From Tubulanus polymorphus (taxonomy: Eukaryota; Animalia; Nemertea), in contig NC_134031.1 in the NCBI RefSeq assembly GCF_964204645.1, positions 4,092,001-4,156,000 of the forward strand: a stretch of 64,000 bases of DNA, read 5' to 3'. Position 1 is the stretch's first letter. Every line of letters starts with the position of its first letter. This document shows, one piece after another, positions 44,731 through 57,700 of the stretch. Both the position numbers and the translations under genes were made by a program. The notes under the pieces were generated by a model that saw only the letters and a list, made by a program, of their open reading frames with translations, was not told the origin of the DNA and did not search any database.

Positions 44731-46886
44731 ATGTCTTGGTTTGCTTTCAAATTTCTTGCTTATCCAAGTTGCAGGTAATTTTTGTTCAAGGCTTTTGAAG
44801 TGTCTGTTGGATTATATTTTACAGGTAGACTGCGGTAATAAATTTATGAAAAAGGAAAATGACGTTTTTTTACTGCTGGCCGCATTTCTCATATCATCTA
44901 CTTAATTCTTTCCCGAAGAATAACAGATTTAAAGTGTAAGTAATAACAATGGACTAATAATAGCATTCAAGTTCCATCAAATATCCATAATTTAGGCTTT
45001 AATATTGGCGGCGTTATCCTGACAATAAATCAGTTAGGCCTAACCTTTCAGTGGTGATTAACTAATACCGGTACCTGTAAGTGGATATAATTTGAAAATT
45101 CCACCTCGGTATTTGAATAACTGGCATACTGCTTTGATGTGTCTACACTGCAGTGCGATGTATAAATTCATGATGGACTGTTATTATACACTGCAGTGTA
45201 GATGCAGTGAAAGGTTAATATTCAAGAAATTCTTTTGCAGACGAACTGTGATTTTATTGATGAGTATCCTGTTGATGGTTCCGTTGTTGCTGGTTTTATT
45301 TCTACCAAACACGATGAATCGATATTGTGAACAGCCATTGTTTGAGTTGCTAATTGCTTCGATCATCTTTCTCATGTTCACGATGAGTAAGTAATATCAT
45401 ACTGCATCTGGAACCTCGTTGTAATTAGTGAATGTGAATATGACTTTACCATAATAAGTAAACGTCATTTAGAAAAAAAAGAACAAAACTTGAATGATGA
45501 GATGGTACTGGTATGCTAGACCAGTTCCAAAGTTCTGGTTAAGATTTGAGTCCACAGAGTAAACCTCCACCTTACTCAGACATAGCCAACTTGGGACTAA
45601 CTCAGACAAAATTAATAAATTTTTCTGACATCCTGATATATTTCCCTATGCTTAACTCAGATTTAGCTTACCCGAGACTGATTTTTCTGGTCCCAATTTG
45701 TCTGACTTAGGCAAGGTTTACTGTATTTTCCTGGGGCTGGTTATATATGGAATACCAGCCAGTATTATCAAATTGCCCTATTATGAAATCACTTTTTTCT
45801 CGGGATCATAGTAAAACGCCACATCACCGGGACCCAATCATTCTGTAAAACCAGCCCTAGAAGTTCGATAAGAAGATTAACTGGGTTTTGTTGTTTTCAT
45901 TAATCAGATATATTTAAAACTCTCAATATTTTGTTTTTTCTATTGCAGGTTTTACGTTGTTGTTTATTATTATGGATCCGGTTCCGTGGCAGGTGAAGGC
46001 TTTGTTTCACGTGTTCGGCATTTTTTCATTGGTTCTAACGATCGTACACATTATCTATTTCTTCACTGGATTTTATTGCGTAAGTAAACCTCGGTTAGTA
46101 ACAAATTGTTGCTGTTTTACTTCATATATTAGCTAATGCGTCTATGGAGATACCGGATAGCCCCCCCCCCCTAAAATTTTGAATGCCCTTAAGAATTTCG
46201 TTCTGAACATTTTCTGAAGAAAAATCACAATTTAGCTTGAACCACTGAAAAAAAAAAGAAAACTTGAACCACTAAAACTAGGGTGTGATTATTTCTAATA
46301 TTGGATTAAAAAGAGAGTACAATCTCATCAATCCAATCATCTGATGCCGGTTCCACTAATTAACAGACTGTTGGTCCATTTTAACATTCTAGTAGATCGA
46401 AAAAATTATTGTGTATGTGAACAAAGAATTCATGAAAAGGCCCTAAATTTTTAAGTGGACACCCCACTTCCTTTCTCACCATGGATCCACCAAAGATATG
46501 TCCTTTATACCACAAAACAGTCCTTTACTTGATTAAACTTCAGCCTGTCGCTGGTCGAAGCTGCTTTGTGTCAATTTTTCATGATTGAGCTTTCATATGT
46601 TGTAGAAAACCTACACCCCTGGATTGTTCTATGTATCGATGGGTATCGTAGTTTTCGACATCATAGGAGCAGGTTAGTTCATCTATAACTGCAAATACAA
46701 CAGTCAATATCATTTCCAATCAAATGAATTCAATTTCAAGTCATTGTTGTTACAGTTTGGTTCGTGTTCACCGTTCCATTTTGGATTGCTAACCGAGCGA
46801 AATACAACTCCGTCTTGGATCCGAAAATACGAAGCGGAATTTGTTACGAGCCGGTGAAATGTTGTCCATGTGTCTGGCACGTTTAG
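44731..46886 (+). CDS. Uncharacterised four-transmembrane protein, 172 aa (TMEM272-like topology, tentative)
   Basis: Exons 44731-44774, 45241-45386, 45949-46079, 46606-46672, 46756-46886 with canonical GT-AG introns and matching phases (519 nt). Four hydrophobic segments, loop cysteines (YCEQP, FYCKT), Cys-rich C-terminus (GICYEPVKCCPCVWHV). AATAAA at ~47005. Confidence 0.8.
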
Positions 46887-48017
46887 AATATAAAACCTTA
46901 GTAATCTCTCTTTATAGCTTTATTTGTATATTTATCTGTCTATTATAGTATTATTAATTTCAAACTGCTGATTATTGAAATATCGTATGTGCAATGTGAT
47001 TAAGAATAAAACCGTCCCACGAATTCATGAATTTGTCATAAACAAATATTTTTAAGTGTATTCCATGCTGGATATGGAACATGAGATAATCGCTCTTTTT
47101 GAGTTAATAATTAACCTGATATTTTTAGACGAATATTTTAAGATTGTGCTGGACACATGTTATATCATTCAGATTACTGTTGTATACCATCTGTGGTAGA
47201 GCAAGACTCCTCCCATGAACAAACCTTCCATAATCTTCTTACATCATCGAGTTGGTATTGTTAAATGTTGATGATGGTATACTATATAATACATACAAGC
47301 TGTAGTCATATTTGTATGCAGAGAATGAAATTTCTTTTATCAATCGTGTTGATGATAGCGCCGCAATAAATATCCTTTCAAATATGATATATCTCGCGTC
47401 ATTTCTAATTAATCCATCATTTCCATTGTGGCAATCGTGTACAGCGAACCTCGTCATAACTGACTCCGTTATAATCCATCGTGTACAAATATTGAATTTT
47501 GTGGGGTGGCGATCCTATGTTGCGACAATTCAGAGGTCCACACAGAGACGAGAAAAACCCATAGAGAAAACACAATACAATCTGTTCTTGACGCTCGTTT
47601 TTATTTTCCATGAGATTTTTGTCAAACGCGCACACAACTTTTTTTCGAAGATGTCAAAACCTTGGTAGCAGAAAAGAAAAAACGATGTAATAACCGAACA
47701 AAAAATTCTCAATTTTGTCTGCACAGATTTTACATGAATGAGATTAATCTTCACAAAAGTGTTTTTTAAAACCGGCTTTTAATTTTTTTTTATGTATGAA
47801 AGATACAAAGCGTATAAAACTACCCCGTCAGTCCGTGTTGGGAGGGTGTTAACTATATTGTTTCAATGATGATGTCACAAGCGATCCAGATCTTGACACA
47901 AATACAGGGAATTATCAATTAGTCAAAGGAGGCCTATTTTGAATATCCGAGATTACAGTTCGTTACTTTGAAGAGTAGTTTAAGTGCATCATATGATGAG
48001 TGTCAATATTCAAACAC

Positions 48018-48048
<31 letters not shown>

Positions 48049-48499
48049 CTAGTAATAAATACATTCGCATTATTATCATTATATACTCAATTTTCTTTTT
48101 TTATCGTCAAATTCATGATTCATAATAAGAGAAGCATGATTCAATCATAAAACAGGAGAAAAACAATTCATTTTCAATTAATCATCAGAATGATTAGAAC
48201 ATTTCGTTTATAAATTTACAATTTTAGTCGAGCTAACCGTCGATAATCGGAATAATCTGAACTTCGAAGATGTTCGTTTACTGGCTATAACCGCATAAAC
48301 ATTTCTATTACTGGTACAAAATAAATGGCAGTGATATTTCTCAAACGTTAATATTTCACTTTTTTTTTAGACTGACGAGGTACGACATGCCATATTCAAA
48401 TTAAATACAATACAATCTATTCAACCACTAGCTGTTACAGGCTGGTGACGCTGTCCACCGCTACTGGGGGGAGGGTAGGATCGCGATGTTTTCGTTGAT

Positions 48500-51400
48500 T
48501 TAGGATTCTTCTTCCGGACCTTGATCATTTTGAGGAGCATCTCCATTGGTCTGAAATATACGTAGATGTTTTGTTTAGAAGAAAGAAAGTATCCGTTAAA
48601 CGTTCAAGCTACAGTGGAATCTCGCTACAACAGACTTCTGGAGAACTGAAACTGTTTGTTATAATTCAAAGTTCTCTATACAGTATTATCTAGCACTAAT
48701 ACTGTATATAGACATACAGTACAAACCTAGAATCTCACCCCAAACAGGACAATTTTATTTATTTCATACTGGATATAAGGAACTATCTATCAGTTATAAC
48801 AGATTTCGTGGTCCCCTGAACCTCGCTGTAACGAGGCTCCACTGCATCCAGTATGAAATTGAATAACATTATAATCGTCACATTAAGGACAAATCTCAAG
48901 GTTTTTAATAACCCATTAATACTAATATTCGAGTTCCTATTAACAAGAATCCACTGTACGATTACAGGGAAAAACATGCAATGGGAGTTAACCTGAGTTA
49001 ATCTCGACACCTTGTTTCCATCATGTTCTGATGGTCTCCCTATTTTTCTTGGGCATAGCAAACTCAGGACCTATTCGCAATGTCCTTTTAAAGTGCCCAG
49101 AAATACGTCATAAACAGACACGACAGAAATGAAATACCTCTTCCTGGGGAGCAGATTCATCGTTACGCCTACGATCTCCAGTCTGGCGACGTCCTCCGCG
49201 ACCGCGTCCACGGAAACCGCGACGTCTCGGCGGTCCCGGGTAATACCCCTGTGCGCCGCCCTGGTGGTGGTGATAGTAACCACGGGGAGGTCCATACCAC
49301 CGACGTAAGAACCGGCGAATGGGCGGGCCACGTCGACGATGATAACCCTCATCCTGCAAATACAATTGAGACATACAGATTAAAATGACACAGTTCCTGA
49401 TTGGCCACTGGTAATGGGAACAAACTCTAGACTTCTTCTAGACTCAATTCTGAATGCTAATCGGTCAATTTTTGAGCATAGACCGACTATGCATTTTAGT
49501 GCAAGATGAATCTCCTCAAGACCTAACTATAGATTTCTACTAAAACTATAACTCGACTACTTACCCCTCCATCTACCATCTGACCATCATTCATCGGTGG
49601 CCTTCCTCTCGGCGGACCTCCTCTGAAGAATGGCGGCCTTCCACCACCACGACGCCAATATGGCCGACGTCGCTGTCCTTGCTGCTGCTGCTGCTTATCG
49701 TGGTTTCCTTCTACTTCCTCCTTCTCGTCTACAAAAATAGAAATTCCATCTCTATAACTCAGACTACTTTCAGGACAGACCTCGACAACTGGAGGATAGC
49801 TCACCTCCGTCTTTTTCCTCGTGAGGTCGACCTCCTCCACCGTGACCTCCGCCGTAACCTCCGTATCCCCACCAACGTCTGTATCTGCGACGATCGGCGG
49901 CGTATTTACTGCCTTGTACGGCGGCGCCCTCCGGACCGGTTACGTTGGCCGCTTCGTTGCCCTTTTCGCCCTCGACTACATCAAACTCAACGGTTTCACC
50001 GTCACCAACGCTTCGTAAATACTTCCTCGGGTTGTTCTTAGTGATGGCTGTCTACAATTGAGAAAATATTGAAAATATTACAACGAATTAAACAGAAATT
50101 TCCATGTCATATTACAAAATTCACCAAGGTAACCGGCAACAGGTGAATTGAGAAAATCAAATTTCAGTAAGTTAAAATACTTAAAAGTTATTCTCACCTG
50201 ATGGACAAATACATCTTCCTTGGTATCATCTCTACAAGAAAATGAAATGTTGGATGACTAACAAGTTACGACTAATTATGTGTCATAGATAGATAGGGTT
50301 CCTAGAATAACTCAGCACTGATTCATCAGTGACAGAGAGTTAGAGCACCTATGTTAAGAGCACTTCCAGTTTGAAATTTTAATTTCAACTGAACAAACTA
50401 ACAAACTCCAAACAGTTTGGAGTTTGTTCAGCTGAAATTAAAATTTCATACCACTGTCCTCCTCGGGACGGATGCAATCAACCACTACTTTAACCTACAT
50501 CAAAGTTCCAATGAAAACCATTATGATATTGATAAAGGGCCTAACCTAGTTTCATACAGGGTCCCTACAGATCAGTTATTACCAAATAAAAGGGAGTTTT
50601 AAAGGAGAACATTTCAAGGAAGCATCGGCATCACTTTCATAAAAGATTGGCCATTTTCTAATATTTCTATAAACATGCTTCCTATACGTTTACTATGCCT
50701 ACGAACTCCGATTTTTGATGAATAGAAAACAATTTCAAACGGTAGGGCGTCATGGAAACATAGTTCAAAATTTATTCAGTTCATGAATTGGAGTCTCTTT
50801 TCTCTGATTCAAATAAGTTAAAAACAACTTTTTAGCAATCCTTCAAGACAATATAGCATAATGGACATATTGAATCTTTATTCAGACTGCAGTTTGAGTT
50901 TCACTGGTCGCATCATAAACCAACTTGAGGTGTGTGTGTACAAAAGGTGAAGCGAAATATAGGCTATAAAAAGATCTATGCCAGACAAAAAAAAAACATT
51001 AACTTAAGACTAAATTTTTGGTAAAAGTGCAGATCCGCACCTCTCTCCGCGTAAACGGTTAAATCAATTACATTAAATATCATTGTTTCAGATTCAAAAT
51101 GTCGTCAGCAATTCGGTACATTTCCATTGGTTAATTTTGATATATCTTCACTGCAAAGATTTTAGCCTGGATTCTGTCATTCTGCAGATTGTCAATCACG
51201 AGAGGTGCGGATCTGCACTTTTACCAAATTTTTTTATCATCACATCAAATGAGAAAATTCAGAACTTGAATTTGCCAACATCCTGTATTGAAATTAGACC
51301 AATCCGATGCATTGTCAACACAAGCCCCCATCATGCGGGATGCGTTGTTATTGCTTTTTCCATTGTGAGGTGTCCCCTATTAGTAGCCGGGTTCAGCATT

Positions 51401-51821
51401 AATTATTTACAATGCATAAAATGTGAGTCATGATGAGTCGCGACGCATGCGCACTCCGATAGAAACCCATGTGTGTACCTGTTAATGAATCCGTAGCCAC
51501 TTTTCACATTAAACCATTTCACAGTTCCCGTAACTTTCGTGGCTAGAAAATAAGATAAAAAGCGCGAATCAATTCAGTTCCTTGTTCGAAATACCGATCA
51601 GACAATTTTAACTGAGATCGTACGATTTATTGCAAAATTGTTTACAGCGAGAAGCCGAGAACGCGCTAAAATAGGCGTCACCCCGCGCGCGTTCACGCTC
51701 GGGCTCGATTTTCAAACAGCGATTTCTAAATGAAAAAGTACTCAAATCTACCGATCTTACCTAATTTCTTTTTCTCCACTGCCTCCACCTTCTGTTCCTG
51801 GTCTTTTTCGGTGTCTGACAT
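48500..51821 (-). CDS. YBX1: Y-box-binding cold-shock-domain protein
   Basis: Exons 51821-51761, 51542-51479, 50231-50198, 50051-49805, 49728-49565, 49353-49138, 48550-48500. [34 protein letters not shown]...[27 protein letters not shown], then alternating Arg/aromatic and acidic blocks. Paralog assignment (YBX1/2/3) is not resolvable. Confidence 0.95.
48612..48844. mobile_element. Pogo/Tigger-type MITE (CAGTGGAA.CTCG TIR)
   Basis: TA|CAGTGGAATCTCGCTACAAC...GCTGTAACGAGGCTCCACTG. Similar CAGT-ended elements at ~2796-2938, ~16425-16550, ~30713-30880, ~45560-45724. Confidence 0.6.
50372..50448. repeat. Long hairpin/palindrome in Y-box intron
   Basis: TGAAATTTTAATTTCAACTGAACAAACT...CCAAACAGTTTGG...AGTTTGTTCAGCTGAAATTAAAATTTCA. 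Confidence 0.85.
51015..51232. mobile_element. MITE-like element with ~30-bp inverted repeats
   Basis: TTTGGTAAAAGTGCAGATCCGCACCTCTC and GAGAGGTGCGGATCTGCACTTTTACCAAA are exact reverse complements. Confidence 0.75.
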
Positions 51822-52535
51822 GGCCACCTTTGATGGTAAATCTGATGGAAAAGGAGTTGGTCACAAACTCCCGCAGCCTCAATCCCTGCTTTCTTTGTTC
51901 CAACTGCTGCCGGTATCCCCGCATGTCTAGCGTGCTTCTAGCCGGCTTCACGGTCATTGGTCAATCCGATACCTTCACGTCATTTTCGAATGCTTGCAGG
52001 TGCGCGGGGAATCCCATCGCAAGTCACTTGCCACAGAAGTAATCCACAACTGCCAGTGTTGCTTCCACGGCAGAATAGACGGCGGTAACGAACGGTCAGA
52101 GAGTGACACGATCCCGCTGCGGCTCGGTTTAGAAACTCCGGTTCGGTTTATGGAACTCGGTATATGCTCAGTGTTCAAACCGTGCCACTCAGTCATATGG
52201 TGGGATCCTCTCATTTCAAAAGCCAGAAACTATTACAGATTCATGGTTACTTAGCGGTTCCGGCCGGTCGTTCCGAGAATTCAATATCATAGTTTCGTTT
52301 CCTTTTTTTGATTTTCGGGTTCGAGCATCCATGAATTTGGAATCATGAGTTTGTGCCCCAGTCAGTTCAATGCCGGATCAGTTGAAAGAGATATTCCCGA
52401 TGTTGCGGCACATTTAACAGGAATGATTTATGTCCGGCCACGAAGCAGGTGTCGATACCTGGCGCACGCGTATACACCACGGAGTCACACTGCCTTTTTT
52501 ATTTCGTTCTTTGCATTGTTCCATCGGAAAGGAAG
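51822..52535. promoter_or_regulatory. Shared CpG-rich promoter region of Y-box gene and eIF5A
   Basis: CCAAT box (ATTGG, 51956-51960) and CRE/ATF-like TGACGTGA (minus, ~51975-51982) upstream of the Y-box gene. TCT/5'TOP-like CCTTTTTT at ~52493 begins a non-coding eIF5A exon ending at the GTAAGT donor at ~52535. Confidence 0.5.
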
Positions 52536-52718
52536 TAAGTAAAATTCGATACAATGAATTAATATTTGAATTACAACCTATGTATTAAAATAATCTAATT
52601 GCTTATCTATTGGCCTCTTCAAATTCATGATCAGTTCATCCGACTAAAGCATTTTTATTTTAACCACTGGAAAATGGTCACATATTCCTTGCTGAACTTT
52701 TAGGTTTTTGACAACAAA

Positions 52719-54772
52719 ATGTCGCATGAACACGATTACGATACAGATTTTGAGACTGGAGCCGCTGGTGCAGCGAAAACCTACCCGCAGAAAGCTTCGC
52801 ATTTGAAGAAAGGGGGTTATACTATGATAAACGAACGCCCGTGTAAAGTGGCAAATATATCCACGTCTAAAACTGGAAAACACGGTTGCGCAAAGGTAAT
52901 CAGTCGGTTAGTTTAAAACAACTTATTTAATAAAAAACTGAAAATGCTCTGGATATTGTAACTTAAAGAAAATAAGCATTCATTTCTATGAATTACATTA
53001 TGTGATACAGAAATATATGTATCTAAGGCATTTTTCTTAGTTATCTAGAATACGGAATTTTACAAGAAATATAATAGGAAGGCAAAGAGAAAAACATTTT
53101 ATTGGGCGTTTCAAAATTAAAGGGAACAGCAAGAAAAATAAGATAAAAATCTATTTATCATCGGAGTACTTTCCGCATAATATCTTGGAAGGACTGCAGG
53201 AAATCATTTTTTTTTCGAAAAAGAAGTGAAAATTGAATTCAATTGACTCAGCCAAAAATTGTGACGGGCATTTTGAAGTTTTGTCTGTAATTTCGACTTC
53301 ATGAGTCAAATATAACCCACAACTGTCGAAGCTACGAAAATCGATGTAGCATGTATGTATGTATCTATTGTGCTATTTTTCAGGTGCATGTGACAGCTAT
53401 AGATATATTTACGCAAAAGAAATTAGAAACGATATTTAGCTCCACATCTGATATAGATGTACCGCATGTTCACCGCAATGACTTATCAGTACGTATGATT
53501 TGACATTAGCCGCATGTGTCTACACTTAACGTACTTGGAAGAAAAGTCCATGAGTCTCAGAGTGCATAGTCTCAAAAAATTACACCCGAGACCAAACGCG
53601 TAGACTAACTTCAATAAGCTGATGGCAGAAATTATACTCAATTTTATCTCGTTATTCATTGTAATTTTTTATCATTATTTCTTCAACAATTCTAAGCGCA
53701 ATAGATTCGATGAAGATTGAGCGTAAACAAACCTCCAGGTTATTTAATTATCAAAGATAAAAATGAGCCCGACTATCTACGATTTTATTTCTGATTAACT
53801 GCAACAAATTCATTCAATCGCTTATGATTTCCTATTTTTAACTTTCTTTCTTTGAGGGCATTAACGGATCAACCAACCAAAATTCGATTTTTGTTTCGTT
53901 CGCGAATTCTTTTTCGGTTCTAACGCAAATAGTTGCTGATTTCAATTCGTATGTTTTTATAGTTGATCGATATCGACGAAGGGTTCTGTTATACCATGTG
54001 CGAATCAACTGGAGACATTCGCGAGAACATCAAACTGCCATCTGGCGAACTCGGCGACAAGATTAAAAAACTCTACGACGAACATGGATCCGGAAATCTA
54101 ATGGTAACTGGAAAATCCGTGAAAGACGTCCACACAAAATTGCAAAATTTTTGTCTACAGATTGTCCTTCCCTTATCGGACAAAAAGCAATCGGATATTT
54201 AGCTATGCAAAATAGAATATTTGTTTTATTCGCTTAATCATTTATCATACACTCTGGACAATCTTGAAAACATATACATGTATATGTGGACTATTTCTCT
54301 TCTGATTCGAAGTCGAAGTAATCGTCCAGGCATGCGATCCACTAAATGATATTTTGTCTGGGTTATAGGAATTAAGCAGAAAGAATGTCGTCAGCATCCA
54401 AACAACCCCTTTCCCTTTGTCTACAAAAGTCCAACGTTCACCCCCCCTACCTTGGACGTCTTTTATGAACAGACCCTAGTAGAATATCTACGTCACGATA
54501 TGTGTATGCCGTAATTCTTAACTCATACCAGTAGATGGAAATCATTTGATTAGATTCACTTTATTTTTTCATGTTACAGTACATGAATATGGCTAATTAA
54601 CTATATCAATCAAATAAACTACGTAGGCACATACTCAAATTTAGATACAAGCTCGCAAATTGGTCTGATATTTTGAACTTAGATTGAATTTACTTTTTTA
54701 TAGGTTACGTTACAAGAGGCTTGTTGTGAGGAGATTATAGTCGACATTAAACCAGCCAGGAGAGATTTTTAA
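52719..54772 (+). CDS. EIF5A: Eukaryotic translation initiation factor 5A (divergent), 163 aa
   Basis: Coding exons 52719-52895, 53384-53488, 53963-54103, 54704-54772. [51 protein letters not shown] at ~54800. Confidence 0.93.
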
Positions 54773-57700
54773 CGTTTTACTGTGATATTGATTGTGAAAA
54801 ATAAATACCAATATGTTTGCCAAAGTAACACACGATTTCTAATCTTTTCCTTAACGTCGTGTAATTTTTTGGTACACAAAAAATCTGATGATTAGAAACG
54901 ACCACTTCATCTGATAGTTGATCTCGGGATCTGCTCGGAATTTGCTAATTTGCTGCTGAATAATGGGGAAGATTATGAATTATGTTTTGTGAGACCTGTC
55001 AGCGGCAGATATTCCAGTAATCTGATTTCAATTCTCGGCGATATTTCTAAATCGAGGTCCGCGAGAGAGGTGGCGATATAAAGATATACATTTTCAGAAT
55101 ATTTTTGATAAGAATCGTATACGATTCCTACGTATCTTATGCATGCATACGATTCGAATAAATTCCGTTTTTTTTTCTTTTTATTTGAACGAAATCGTTT
55201 TATCGACGCTTATATTTTGATTCATATCAGTCTTCTGAAATATTTCGCGATCTCGCTTTGTCGATCGAATATCTGCAATTAGCTAATCATAATCAATAAC
55301 GGCGGTAGTTCGTTCGTTCCTCTGCGTGAGACACACGCAATGTGATTATTTATTTCTCCCGTGACTTTTGTTGTTCGTTTTTGTGGCTCGTCGGCGAGCA
55401 GATGAATATATCATGGCATTTGACGTCTCCGAGGACGTATTCGGTGTATATTGAACCGAATAATGATGATACGAATGGAGTGTTATAATTGCTAGAAAAA
55501 TCTCATTATTCAATATCAGTCGTTTGGTAAAAGCTATTTCGTACGTCTGGGAATAAGTAAATGGATCGTATAATAATGACGTCAGAATGATTACGCATTT
55601 GCTACGTGCTTTTCTGCATCTTAAACAGAGCGGTGATTCGTTGAATCGGCGAATCGACGAAATTTTGCACGATCCGGCACAAACATCTTCAAAAAAAGAA
55701 CTAATAAATGAGGAGGCGCGAAGTCGTTGAATACTAATTCCCAGTTACTGTTAGAATTTTGTCGTCTCTTCTTATAAGTCTCAGAAAACGCCGTCGATTT
55801 CCAAACAGAACCTTCGTAGCGTCGTGAGGAGCGAGAATGACAGATAAACTCGTTTAAGAAAGAATAGTGCCAAGGTAATATCGAAACGGTGGATGCAGTG
55901 CTTTGATGGTAATATAACCTAGGAAATACCACGCTATAAAGCGCGAATATGATACGCGTGATTTGATGCACGGTCGAATTCTGTTTTGCAAAAACGTTTC
56001 TTGTATAAATCATATACTTGCGCGAAGAAATGTGAATATTCTCTTGTGGCATATTTTATTTGGTTTCGTCATCAGCGTTACAGCGACGTCAATAATTAAG
56101 CGCGCTGAAACGGTGCGCACGAACAATGAACGCAGTTTCGATGTAATCGGGGCGCGCACTACGTTCAACACTGCTCCCGTGCAAAAACCTCAATGCATAT
56201 TAAACAAAATTCGATATTACTGATATAGATGTTGACTATAAGATATTTTGACTTGCGGATTTAAAAAATCGTTCGGAATTCGACTGTGGAATCGATTCAA
56301 AGACGAATCGATTTGAGACGCTTCGCTATTTCTGGTTGGTAAGTGGCGTAGACGTGATTGATATACTCTTAAAACTACTTCTTTTGATATTCGTGGTAAA
56401 TTTGTAACATTTTATTGCAATAACATAGTTTAGGGAAGGTTTATACGTATGAGTATTCGAAATACCCAGTGGCACTCATTTCATGGATAAGAGCGGTTTC
56501 GTGTAAGGCTATTATTGCATGTTTAATCCCATAAAAAAACATTTACAACTGCGCTAAGCGTAGACGAATTACGATACATAATATGAGTAATCTTAAAGAT
56601 TAGATTTGTCACGAGATGTCAATCGAGTACGGCATTCGTAGTTAGTTATAGGTGTGGTTCCGCGGTACCTGATTAGGGTAAGCAAATACATGTACTTATC
56701 AACAACATATTTAGTGTCGCCGAAGTACCATTTGAAGCCATCTATGACTTGAGTCTCAAATCAATATGAAACCGACAAAGTAACGGCCTCTCAGCAATCA
56801 TTACTCAACGCCTGGTGAACGCTGTGAAATGACCCAGCTGCAATTAATAAATCACTCGCCGATCTGCAACTCCATCATCACAGTCTCCTTAATGTGGAAT
56901 TCCAGAAGGCTGAATTCCATCATTACCGCTAGCCGTAGGCGGATTTTTGATCATTCAGATCTGGTGCGTGGTCAGCGTGCCCAATTCACATGTCTGCATA
57001 GAATCATAGGCGATGTACGAATCGCCGGCTTCTTTTTCTATCGGCGATCTGCGCCTAATACGACGGATAGAACGACCTGCTTGAAACGACGTCGCCTATG
57101 TTTGATTCACGTTCAGAAATAATGTACAGGTTATTTATTATTCGCTGCACGAAATTTCGTTTTTGACGCTTCTTGGGCTAGAATATTTTAGGAGGGATGT
57201 ACAGGGAAATTCGAATTCTTCTGACGGATGGTTCGAAAGAATGCTATTTGCATTGTTCGACTAACGCACGGAGCATTCTCCGCGCTCTTGATATTCAATC
57301 GTTTTGTGCTCAAAGACACTGGAATTTTCGTGTTAAAAAACTATTCTGGCGCATCAGAAGATATTTGATGTGATTCGTGTTGAATATTACGAGCTTCAAT
57401 AGTTCCCTAATCGTTGATCAAAAAGACATTTTCTATATTGTGCAATTGATGTAACTTTGATAATTCTTGAGAAATAAGAGTTTAGTTTTTTTACTTAGAT
57501 TTTCTTTAGATCGGTCTCATTTCCTCAGATCGATTGTGGGGCCAAAATAGATATAAGATTTGCCTTAAATATGACGACTAGAATATACCCGTTCAAGTGC
57601 TCAACGTCACAGTACAGAAATTTTAAGTAGCCTAATTCCGAGATTGTTATATGATAACTGACGGTGAAAAGGGAAAGACACCTAAGCGCCGAATCAGTCT

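Noticed and set aside
49071-50041. Overlapping and antisense ORFs across the Y-box exons
   Set aside because: Shadow frames of GC-rich Arg/Gly-coding exons.
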